A DNA stretch of 64,000 nt from Elsinoe ampelina (Eukaryota). Position 1 is the first letter of the stretch. Each line of letters begins with the position of its first letter. The DNA lies in NCBI GenBank assembly GCA_010093995.1, contig ML992513.1, positions 124,001 to 188,000 on the forward strand, given 5' to 3'. The notes under the pieces were generated by a model. That model saw only the letters and a list, made by a program, of their open reading frames with translations. It was not told the DNA's origin and ran no database searches. Positions 1-9,453 of the stretch are shown here, in pieces. The translations under genes and the position numbers were made by a program.

Positions 1-1
1 T

Positions 2-1078
2 CCTCAAGCTCCAGTGGCCCAAGCTCCTTCCCGCAACAAAGGTGGTCCGCTGGTACTCAAACGGATGTCCGACAACCAATTCGTCAAGCTGGTCTGCACC
101 AAGTGTCACCGCAGCGACTTTAGCAGCGTCCAAGGTTTCTTGAATCACTGTCGTATAGCACACAAGATCGATTACAAGAGTCACGAAGCTGCTGCTCAGG
201 ACTGCGGTCATCTTCTGGAAGCCCACGAAGCTGACCTCGCCGCAACTGCTCCTCCACCTGTCGGAACTACTGTCCGTACGCCTGCGCCCAAGCCGACGCC
301 TGCCGCCGTCCCTGCCCCTGTTGTTCCAACCACTACCAAGGTTCACGCTCTCAACCAAGAATTCATTCCGCGACCAACATGGAAACGTCAACGCCTGGCC
401 TATGTTCAAGAGCTCAACAGCAAACCTGCGCCCCCTGCCAGCCAGCTGCCCAGACCTGCTAATGTTGTCTCATCCGCTGCTGCTCCGTTCTTGTCATCCC
501 ATCTCGCTAAGCGCGGTGTCGGCGTTAATCTCGCCGCCATCATTGCTAAGCTTGGAGAGAAGATCGACCTCGGCCCTGAGTCATTCGAAGAGGTCGAGGA
601 CAGTCAAGGCACCAGCACTCCTGTCGAGCCTGTCACCGGTGCTCGTACCGTCAGCGGCAAGCTAGACCGCCCCGGATCCCGCAAAGCCTTCCACCAGTCC
701 GGCAATCGTCCTCGACCCGCTCCTTTGTCTACACCTTTGTCTACAGCTTCCATGTCATCTGATGAGATCCCAGAATCTCCTCAGGAGAACGAGCTTAGCC
801 CACATACTGCAGACAGCAACCCTGGTCTCGTCAGTGACCATGAGGACGATCCTGTCTCTGATCCCGAAGAGACTGGCTCTGTCATCGCCGCCACTGAGCC
901 CATCCGCATTCACAGTGGCTGCGGGGATGCCATGGATCTCGACGTCGAGGTCGATGACGACCATGATGGTCACGGTGTAATCATCCGCTCTCGTGGATCA
1001 ATGCAGGATGACACCAACATTCGAGATGCCGGCAGCCCCTCCAGGTCAAGAAGCAAGTTTGGAAGGCGGGAGAAGTAA
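2..1078 (+). CDS. AHC1: ADA histone acetyltransferase complex subunit Ahc1-like, C2H2 zinc-finger protein (5' partial)
   Basis: The frame is open from the window edge. The motif LVLKRMSDNQFVKLVCTKCHRSDFSSVQGFLNHCRIAHKIDYKSHEAAAQDCG is typical of the fungal Ahc1 zinc finger. Acidic, disordered tail. Confidence 0.7.
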   Translation, partial: PQAPVAQAPSRNKGGPLVLKRMSDNQFVKLVCTKCHRSDFSSVQGFLNHCRIAHKIDYKSHEAAAQDCGHLLEAHEADLAATAPPPVGTTVRTPAPKPTPAAVPAPVVPTTTKVHALNQEFIPRPTWKRQRLAYVQELNSKPAPPASQLPRPANVVSSAAAPFLSSHLAKRGVGVNLAAIIAKLGEKIDLGPESFEEVEDSQGTSTPVEPVTGARTVSGKLDRPGSRKAFHQSGNRPRPAPLSTPLSTASMSSDEIPESPQENELSPHTADSNPGLVSDHEDDPVSDPEETGSVIAATEPIRIHSGCGDAMDLDVEVDDDHDGHGVIIRSRGSMQDDTNIRDAGSPSRSRSKFGRREK

Positions 1079-2140
1079 GGACGGATAAGCACATGCGTAT
1101 GACGAAGCGATTAAATTGTAGTATTATCTTCTAGCTTCAACCCTGTCATGACTACAGATTGGGATAACGAGCAGGGGTTACACCGAGCAGTTCTTCTCGG
1201 GTGCCTTGGGCTTGGGAACGCAGAGATAGATAGATTGTAATTGACTCTTCCCTCGATTTTGGTTCTACTTTCTGTTTCTGACCCAAGTGACCTGAACGCC
1301 GCGCTGATGCTTTGACAAAACCAGAGTGACTGCGTTGAGCTCCTGCTCTGATCGTGTATTGAGAGGCCGTGAATTGTGGCCACCTGCACTGCGTACACGT
1401 TGCCTACTGGCCGATGAGGAGGGAGACCTGCGCCCATCCATCAGCACTCGAGAAATACCCAAAGTCAAGAGCACTTACAGCCATGGCGACACAGCACAGA
1501 CTGACATACGGACTCAATCGCTCACCAACCCTCGCCGCCCGCCAAAATATACCCATCACGCTATCACGTGTTAGCTACCATGCCGAATCCGATTGCCTTG
1601 CTGACGAGATGTATCGAATCGCTTCGTGACTGATGCAAAGAGAGCAAGACTCACCCATCCTTGTGACTGTCCATGATTCGAGGGAAGACATAATGCGTGT
1701 AGGCACATGTGCAGATGAAGAGGAGGATGACCAGGAGGAGGGATTGGAAGTTGAAGAGGGCGGACTGGGGGATGTTAGTTTCGTTTTCATATTTGACGTG
1801 GGCAATATCTACCATTTCTCCAGCTCTTCCAGATGATCTTGATTGAATTTGATGTGGACAGCTTCAGAGAGAGGACTGATGGCGAGAATAGCGTCGGGGG
1901 GTGAGGCAGGCCGCGAGGTGATGTCTTGGCGTGCTCCACGTGCTTCTGAACCTCTATCATTCTTCTTTGACACTTCTCTCACCTGCGCGATTCCCGACCA
2001 CCATAAATACGTCGCGAGCGACATTCCACCTCGACTTTCCAGCCTATTGATCAGGCTTGTCTGTGCGCGAGGATTGCTGCATGCGTTCACCGCGGCCTCA
2101 CTCATAACCTCAAACCGCAGTCACCTCAAACCCACCCACC

Positions 2141-2756
2141 ATGGCCGAACCACGAATGCGCGTCCGCCAAAAAGGCCAACAATTCCCCACTCAAGACAGT
2201 ACGTCCCCTCCCCTCCCCCTACCTTCAATCCCTCCCTCCTCCTCCCCTCCCTCCTCCTCCCCTCCCTCCTCCTCCCCTCCCTCCTCCTCCCCTCCCTCCT
2301 CCTCCCCTCCCTCTCCCCCACCTCCCCCCGNNNNNNNNNNNNNNNNNNNNNNNNNNNNNNNNNNNNNNNNNNNNNNNNNNNNNNNCAGTCGAAGCCCTCC
2401 TCCTCTCCTTCCACCCCTCCCCGACCGTCCTGCCCACCACCGCCAGCCTCCTCGACGAGATCCTCACCGACTTCATCATCGAAACATGCCACATCGCGGC
2501 CCTCTCTGCGTCCTACTCGCGCCGCCAAAAGATCAAAGTCGACGACTTCAAATGGGTGCTGCGCCGCGACGGGAAGAAGCTGGGGCGCGTGGCGGAGATT
2601 TTCGCAAAGCAGAGGGAGTTGACGGAGAGTAGGCGCGCGTTCCAGTTTGATGAGATGGGGGCGCAGGGGGGGAAGAGGGGGTTGGGGGAGTTGGTGGAGG
2701 GGGAGGATGGGGAGGGGAAGAAGAGGAGGGGGAGGAAGAAGAAGAGGGTTGAGTAG
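2141..2756 (+). CDS. TAF13: TFIID subunit 13 (TFIID-18kDa histone-fold family), 2 exons
   Basis: Exon 1 is 2141-2198 (MAEPRMRVRQKGQQFPTQD). The intron runs GTACGT 2199 to CAG 2388 and spans the gap. Exon 2 reads IEALLLSF...LLDEILTDFIIETCHIAALSASYSRRQKIKVDDFKWVLRRDGKKLGRV. Confidence 0.88.
2230..2330. repeat. Polypyrimidine minisatellite, unit CCCTCCCTCCTCCTC (~5 copies), in the TAF13 intron next to an assembly gap
   Basis: A 15-bp tandem unit is directly visible and is followed by 55 N. Confidence 0.9.
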
Positions 2757-3204
2757 GTTGTTTTTTAAGGGTTGGTGATTGAGAGGGTGGGATCTACGTT
2801 GAGGAGGCCGAGAAGCAGGGTGTGTGCTGCATAGATCAGGGAGGCAGGGGAGGCCTCGCATTGCATGGTCGTAAGGATATCGATTAGCATGGCGTTCGGG
2901 GCATCAAGAGTTCGGGAAACGTCAAGGATTGTGTGCAGGCTGCTTCCCGTGGATCAGGGCAGCAGTGACCGGGCATGACAGTCACGACGAGACAGTACAA
3001 AAGGCCAGCATTATCGATGCTTTCAGACAGAATATCATTTCACCCATCACCCTTCCTCGTGATGCCGCTACCGGAATACCAGCATTTCCACGCCATGGTG
3101 CCCTATCTACCAAGCCCCTATGCCTCTAACTTTTTCCCAATAACACAAGCACCCGAAGTAATCGCGTCGCCTTCGCCAGGCGGCGCAGCTTCTCCCACGG
3201 AGAC

Positions 3205-4295
3205 CTACAATTCAATCGGCCGGTTCTGAGCCCGGCCTCCTTGACGACGGTTCTGGCCTCCCCTTTGCTGGCCCTCTTTCCCTTCTCCATTCTGCTGCTG
3301 GCTGTCCCCTGAGCCTCTCGACGGGCCGAGCGTGAGTGCTGCCGTCGCGAGACGATTTGAGAGGTCGATTTGTGTGCGGATTGTGTTGGCGAGGTAGGAT
3401 ACGAGGAGGACGTCTTGGATGTGGTTGTTGCTGGGAGAATTAGCTTACATCCAATAGAAAGGGGGAGCAACACGTACAAATCCCGCTCAATGTCTTGCGG
3501 GTCGACTTTGGGAGCGAGGGAAAGGGTGTTCATGAGGAATTGGCCCAGGGCGCCGCTGGGTTCGGCTTCTTCGTCTAGCACGTTGGAGACGTAGTTGCTT
3601 ACTCGGTCGAGCATACCGAGGACGAGCTCGATGTTGCGCTCTAGTCCTTCCACGTCGGTCGCGAGGGCGAGTGTCCGGTCTTCTTTGTCCTTTGCTGCGC
3701 TGATGGCTTCGAGCCCGCTCTTCTCTGCCTCGCCGTACCGTACTTCGTGCGGCACGGGGATGAAGCTGCAGCTGTCTGCTGCGCGTTCGGGGGTGACGCC
3801 GATGGGAGCGCTGATGTAGGCGCGCACTTCGACGTCTTTGCCAGGGACTGTAGCGCAGGTGAGATGCACGGCGGGGTGGGGCCAGGTGCCTTCGCCTTGT
3901 TGGGAGTAGAAGTTTTGGATGAGAGCAGAGAATGTGTTGAGTTCGCTGCTGGTGGCGTACCAGCCTATGAGGACTTCGCGGGGGTTGGCGCGAAGGTGGA
4001 GGCCGAGCATGCTCTTTTGGTATTCCATGTCTACTTCGACTTGCTCGGCGGTTTCGGTGTGTGGGACTGCATAGCAATTCTTAATCTCGACTTCTGTACC
4101 ATCTTCGCTGCGTGTACCAAGAAGAGTGCCAATAACGCGCTCACTATCCGCGGGCCGGCGGAGGGAGTGGTCAAGAATTGCGAAGAGGGCCTGTGGTTGA
4201 ATAGTGACAGAGAGAGGGGCTGTTATGCTGCTTGCGCCCACGGCAAGAGGTCCAAGGGGTCGCGCCAGGTGGAGGAATGAGTCGCCTTCTGCCAT
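3205..4295 (-). CDS. eIF3f: Eukaryotic translation initiation factor 3 subunit F (MPN domain), 2 exons
   Basis: Motifs [23 protein letters not shown] and [11 protein letters not shown] short intron (~3431-3478, GTACGT...GCTAAT...CAG) restores the C-terminus [28 protein letters not shown]. Confidence 0.92.
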
Positions 4296-4494
4296 GTTGG
4301 GTGGTCGGGGCAGTGGGACTTGGGAGACGTGTGAGGCGCGCAATGGGTTGGAGGGGTGAGGTTGATAGAGGTGCGGATGAAAATTGTAGAAGTTTTGCCG
4401 GCGTTTGGCCGTGTGGTGTTGATGGAGGTGTTATCGATAAGCGCGGACTTGAATATGGTCCAACTTTTTTTTAGCCAGACAAATTATCTTCGAA

Positions 4495-6666
4495 ATGGTA
4501 CCGAAATTCGGAAACAGGGGTCGGACTGAGAAGAGGAAGCCCTTTGCTAATGGTGGTAGCAAGGGGAATGCAAATTATGAAAAGTCCGAGCAGGGGCGCA
4601 AGAATGTGAAGCAGGAGGAGGAATTTGATGCCCAGATTGATGATGGAGGCGACTCTGCGAGCGACGATGAGGAACCTGGCAAGGCGGGACCGACTGCATA
4701 TGCGACTCTACTACAGACGCTCGGAAAGACCAATGACAGTAACAGTCGACCTCGGAAACGAAGAAAATTATCTTCTTCGGATGCAGAGCGCACATTTGGG
4801 AAGGTGAACGGCAAAGCGGTCGAAGAATCCCAAGGAGAAATCGACTCGGAGGACTCTGACGAAGATGAATCTGGTGATGACCAGGGGTCGCACCTCGGCT
4901 CAGAAGAAGACGAAGAGGTAGCGGATGGGGAAGGTTTGGATGGTGGCGAGTCCGCCGACGAGGACGATGTCTCTGGAGATCCTTTCAACGATCACTTTAC
5001 CACAAACGATGCACTGGCTGCCAGGATCAAAAATGCAGACGGAAAGAAGTGGCAATCGACAGCGACGGAGAAGGATGGCTGGAAGCTGGTTTGGCAGTAT
5101 CCTGATGACTCTCCGAAGGGCGCTGCTCGCAAGCGATACAAGTCGAGCAAAGACTTACCCTTGAAGAAACGGCTGGAAGATCCAGCAGCGTCACTCAACA
5201 TACCCGACAGCAACGAGAGCCTGGAGACATTGAACGCCGTCTTCAACTATCAATCCCTTCTTCATGGAGGCAGGACTCCAGCAAACGGAGAGCATTTGCG
5301 TGACATTACTTCTCTACATGCTCTCAATCATGTACTCAAGGGCAGAGATAAGGTGATTCGAAACAACGAACGCTTAGCAAAAGCTGGTGACGATGTCCCG
5401 GACGACCTTGACGTACGAGACCAAGGCTTCACTCGACCCAAAGTGCTCATTCTCCTGGAGACTCGCGAGCAATGTTACAAATGGGTCTCTTCCATCCTAC
5501 GCTTCTTCGAACCAGACCAAAAGGAGAATTGGAGCCGCTTCGCCGACGCCTTCCACTCCGAAGACCACATCCCCGAACACATGCCCGACGACTACCGCGA
5601 CATTTTCGAAGGCAACGCCGACAACGACTTCCGAATCGGCATCAAATTCACGCGCAAAACCATCAAATTCTTCTCCGCCTTCTACCAATCCGACATCCTC
5701 CTGTGCTCCCCCCTCGGCCTCCGTCGCATCATCGCCTCCCCCGACCCCAAGTCCCGCGACCACGACTTCCTCTCGTCCATCGAAATCGCCATCCTCGACC
5801 AAACCTCGGCCATGCTCCAACAAAACTGGTCCCACGTCACCTTCGTCATGTCCCACCTCAACCTCCAACCGCGAGACTCGCACGGCGCAGACTTCACCCG
5901 CGTCCGCCCCTTCTACCTCGACGGTCATGCCTCCCACCTCCGGCAAACCCTCATCTACACCGCCCACATCACCCCCGAGATCCAATCCCTCTTCTCCACA
6001 ACCCTCACCCTCTCCGGCCGCCTCAAACTCTCCCCCCTCCACCCCGGCACCATCACCCTCCCCCTCCCCGCCCCCATCCGCCAGACATTCACAAGATACC
6101 ACTCGCCCCACCCCTCCTCGGACCCAGACTCCCGCTTCGCCTTCTTCACCGCCACCATCGTCCCTTGGATCGTGAAAACCGCCGCCCTCTCCCCTTCTTC
6201 TTCTTCTTCTTCCCCGGCCGGCATCCTCGTCTTCGTCCCCTCGTACCTCGACTTTGTGCGGGTGCGTAACTTCTTCGCCTCCTCCCCCGCGACCGAGAAT
6301 CTGGCTTTTGGCCAGGTGAGTGAGTATTCCCCCGTGTCGGAGCAGAGGAGGGCGAGGAGTCATTTTGTTTCCGGGAGGAACGGGGTTTTGTTGTACTCTG
6401 GGCGAGCCCATCATTTCCATCGGTATAGGATTAGGGGGGTGAGGAGGGTGGTGTGGTATGCTGTGCCCGAGGATGAGGGGTTTTGGAATGAGGTTAATGG
6501 GTGGGTGGGGGAGAGTGTGGTGAGGGGAGAGATCGGGGAGGGGGAGGCGGGGGTGAGGGCGGTGTTTGGGAGGTGGGATGGGTTGAAGTTGGAGAGGGTG
6601 GTGGGGAGTGCGAGGGTGGGCCCGATGGTGAGGGGCGAGGGAGGTGATGTTTTTGACTTTGTGTAG
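4495..6666 (+). CDS. UTP25: U3 snoRNA-associated protein 25 (DUF1253/Def family)
   Basis: 723-aa ORF with an acidic N-terminus, RDQGFTRPKVLILL, FRIGIKFTRK, FYQSDILLCSPLGLR, DFLSSIEI and LQQNWSH. Confidence 0.93.
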   Translation: MVPKFGNRGRTEKRKPFANGGSKGNANYEKSEQGRKNVKQEEEFDAQIDDGGDSASDDEEPGKAGPTAYATLLQTLGKTNDSNSRPRKRRKLSSSDAERTFGKVNGKAVEESQGEIDSEDSDEDESGDDQGSHLGSEEDEEVADGEGLDGGESADEDDVSGDPFNDHFTTNDALAARIKNADGKKWQSTATEKDGWKLVWQYPDDSPKGAARKRYKSSKDLPLKKRLEDPAASLNIPDSNESLETLNAVFNYQSLLHGGRTPANGEHLRDITSLHALNHVLKGRDKVIRNNERLAKAGDDVPDDLDVRDQGFTRPKVLILLETREQCYKWVSSILRFFEPDQKENWSRFADAFHSEDHIPEHMPDDYRDIFEGNADNDFRIGIKFTRKTIKFFSAFYQSDILLCSPLGLRRIIASPDPKSRDHDFLSSIEIAILDQTSAMLQQNWSHVTFVMSHLNLQPRDSHGADFTRVRPFYLDGHASHLRQTLIYTAHITPEIQSLFSTTLTLSGRLKLSPLHPGTITLPLPAPIRQTFTRYHSPHPSSDPDSRFAFFTATIVPWIVKTAALSPSSSSSSPAGILVFVPSYLDFVRVRNFFASSPATENLAFGQVSEYSPVSEQRRARSHFVSGRNGVLLYSGRAHHFHRYRIRGVRRVVWYAVPEDEGFWNEVNGWVGESVVRGEIGEGEAGVRAVFGRWDGLKLERVVGSARVGPMVRGEGGDVFDFV

Positions 6667-6856
6667 GGGTTGAACAGACAGGATGGGATGACCAGGAATG
6701 AGAAGGAATGAGAAACCTGGCATGTAGAAATGTCATCGTGGGCAAGGACTGTATATACACTGAGCACTTCCTGTTGGCTCTGTATTGCGAACTTGTCTCT
6801 TCCAACCCATCGTCTTCGGCCGTTCAACATCGTTATACTCCCGCTACTCTGACACA

Positions 6857-7570
6857 TCAGTGTGGCTCGCGTAGCTGCTTCCAGTCGATCTTGGTTTTCC
6901 GAACCTCTTCCACACAGCTGTGGCTTTGGGTACGCTTGAACAGGGTTCTTGATTCGAATTGAAACTGCACATTAGGTGAGCTGGAACTGCGTTTCCGCAA
7001 CGGGTTACTTCGCCAATACTGTTTGATGTCAAGAGCTTGTCTGGTAGTATCAACCGAGTCTCCATCGGAGAAGACAGGGATGTTCTTCCAGTCGCATGTG
7101 CCATGGCGATAATTGCACTCTCCTTCCAGCCTTCGCTGCAGATTGTACCAATTGTTCGAGCGTTGCTTGCAGGAGGCGTCACATGCTCCGTCAGTCATGC
7201 CGGAGAGTGTGGCCTTCATGCTGGCTCTGGTACATGGCTTCGAGACGGAGACTTGGGTTCGGCGACGAAGCTCGGGAGCGAAGGGGCTCGATGTTATCGA
7301 GTTCAATTTGCTCTCTTCGCTGGCTCGGTCGCTGAATCCAGTCTTGACTCTTCGGATCGTGGTTTGGAGCTTGTCGAAGGTGCCTTTGATGGTATGTCGT
7401 TTCAGTATTGGTGGCCTGGTGGGCTTCATCTCTCCGCTTTTAGCACTATTCTGCCTGGAGAAGGGCATTCTTGACGAGTTATGGTGATTGATCACCTGAT
7501 CCTCGTATATCAATGGTTTCTTGGGCGTGTGCAATAACTTGGATGGAAGAATTATCATCGGAAAGAGCAA
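6857..7570 (-). CDS. Hypothetical basic protein (orphan-like; start uncertain)
   Basis: A 237-codon open frame in an otherwise empty 1.1-kb gap between genes. No family recognised. Confidence 0.4.
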   Translation of the reverse strand: MLFPMIILPSKLLHTPKKPLIYEDQVINHHNSSRMPFSRQNSAKSGEMKPTRPPILKRHTIKGTFDKLQTTIRRVKTGFSDRASEESKLNSITSSPFAPELRRRTQVSVSKPCTRASMKATLSGMTDGACDASCKQRSNNWYNLQRRLEGECNYRHGTCDWKNIPVFSDGDSVDTTRQALDIKQYWRSNPLRKRSSSSPNVQFQFESRTLFKRTQSHSCVEEVRKTKIDWKQLREPH

Positions 7571-7787
7571 CGAGGTCTGTCGGGATAGTTGTAGTGGTCG
7601 TGCTGGAAAGGTGAATGGAGGATGATTTAAGATGACCAGCGAGGACGAATTTGTTGTGCTTGAATTATGGTTGTCAAGCGAAGAGAATGGGCCGGAAGTA
7701 TGATGCAGGTGGATGGAGTGTTGGTTTTGCTGGGGTGGGAACAGCCGTGAGTAACTTATAGTATCTATGCCTTGCGGAGCAAAAAGT

Positions 7788-8623
7788 CTATGTCGTCTTC
7801 TTCGTTATCCGATAACTATCATGGTCAGTAGATGCCGAAGTCAGTTGATAGATGACCGACAGATGAATATTTTCTCTTGAAAAGGTTGGTCGGTCGGGGT
7901 CGTCAAGGTCTTGCACGCAAAAGTGCTTTTTTGCGGATTTGACAAAGTTTAGATCTGCTCGTCGACGCTTCTTGAAGCAGAAGTAACAGACAGTATTATC
8001 GCCAATCAGATCGTGCATGGTCTGCTGCAGGAGAGGAAAGGCAGGTTCAAAATAGACGCAGTCGGCAGCAAGTAAGACATCCGGGGGTGATATGTCATTC
8101 GGTACAGGTGAACCCCAATCGTAAATGGAAGCGGTAACTTTGTCTTGGAGTGAGTTGAGCCTGGTATTCTTCCGCATCAAATCAAGCATGGGCAGCTGGT
8201 CTGTGATGTGGACTTGTGCGTTTGGGTGGGCAAGAGCGACTGCTAGGCTGTTGTCTGTCAATACTGTACACTATGGCTCGACGTCACAAGCGATATCGCG
8301 TACTGACCCGACAAGACCGCCGCCAGCTCCCAATTCGAGGCTGATTTTGTTAGTAATTCCCGGGCAGTCTCTGCGGGCGAGACCTACACTGATCCGGAGA
8401 TATTCTTCTGTCGTAGTAGGTATTTGGACAATACCACGCCGGCAGGCCACAACTGACCCCCGCAACCCTCTTTCAAGTCCTCATGCAGGAGGAGAGGAGT
8501 GTCCAACAGGCCGTCAAAGTCGTTGCTGGACACACCGGCCGCCTTGTGATCAGGCGACTTGATCAGGTCTTCACTTATCAGGCCGGACAGGAAGTCGTCC
8601 TGGGGCGGGGAGAGTGAAGTCAT
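7788..8623 (-). CDS. EFM6: Protein-lysine N-methyltransferase EFM6 (METTL21 / Methyltransf_16 family), multi-exon
   Basis: Motifs LHEDLKEGCGGQLWPAG, LELGAGGGLVG, VHITDQ, DVLLAADCVYFEPAFPLL and FCFKKRRRAD, split by short introns. Confidence 0.88.
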
Positions 8624-9453
8624 GGCGGAGCTGGGCGGAGCGTTCAACAGTACGGGTGTTTCCAAATCGAAGGGGATCACCGAAGGAAGTGGCTGATCAC
8701 GCTGCTGGGCTGCAAATCGAAATCGCGCAACATCCGTCACTCCAAGACCAAGACGGGCGAAAAAAGTGACACAAAGCTGGAACTGCGGCTCCGGGCGGTG
8801 ACCCACGGTTGTCCTTGGTTTCTCTCGGCGACAGGGCGGCAGATCTACCCACTTCAATATCCGGATTCTGCATCATAGCGACATCTCCGGTCTGCCATTT
8901 TCATCTTTGTCCCATCTTCGGACCTTTTCCGATGGCGAATGTTTGCGACGACGATGAAGGCCGTGTCAGCAGTCGCCCTCTCTGAAGAGGCAACGCCTTT
9001 TGTCCATCTGATCCTCTAGCGGCAGTGCTTATCTTTTGCTGAACGATTTCTATGGGGACAAGCGGGAGAGAAAGATCTCTCCATGTCGGTCTGCTGTTTG
9101 ACAGACCTCCAAGTCTCGAGACTATCGCTTTGTTGCCTGTCTCGCTGATAGTTAAGGATATCACACAGCTATAGCCCGGTCTGTGCCACTGCAACCATAA
9201 GCTAAAGAGAAGGATGTCTGATAGTTATTGAATGCAGGTAAGAATCCTGGTCATGGTATGTTGCCAGTCATCACGTTCCAGATCATCCTCGACATCCCTT
9301 GCACTGCATTCCATTCTTTACCCCTCCAGCCATTTCAGCACGCGCAAGGTGGCCGAATACCTTGTACTGTACGCGTCCCTTTCGCGACGGTCCGTACAGC
9401 TTTACTAGGATCATCATGCATACTCCTGCATTGTCCACAATTATGCGACAATC

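Noticed and set aside
1111..2105. Possible small minus-strand gene between AHC1 and TAF13 (Ser-rich ORF 1575-1805 with a GTGAGT donor)
   Set aside because: No coherent spliced model or recognisable domain could be built.
5387..6723. Long alternative-frame and antisense ORFs over UTP25 (similar cases over AXL2, SWC4, 20900-21895 and helicase 1)
   Set aside because: These are shadow ORFs caused by extreme C/G skew and low stop-codon frequency.
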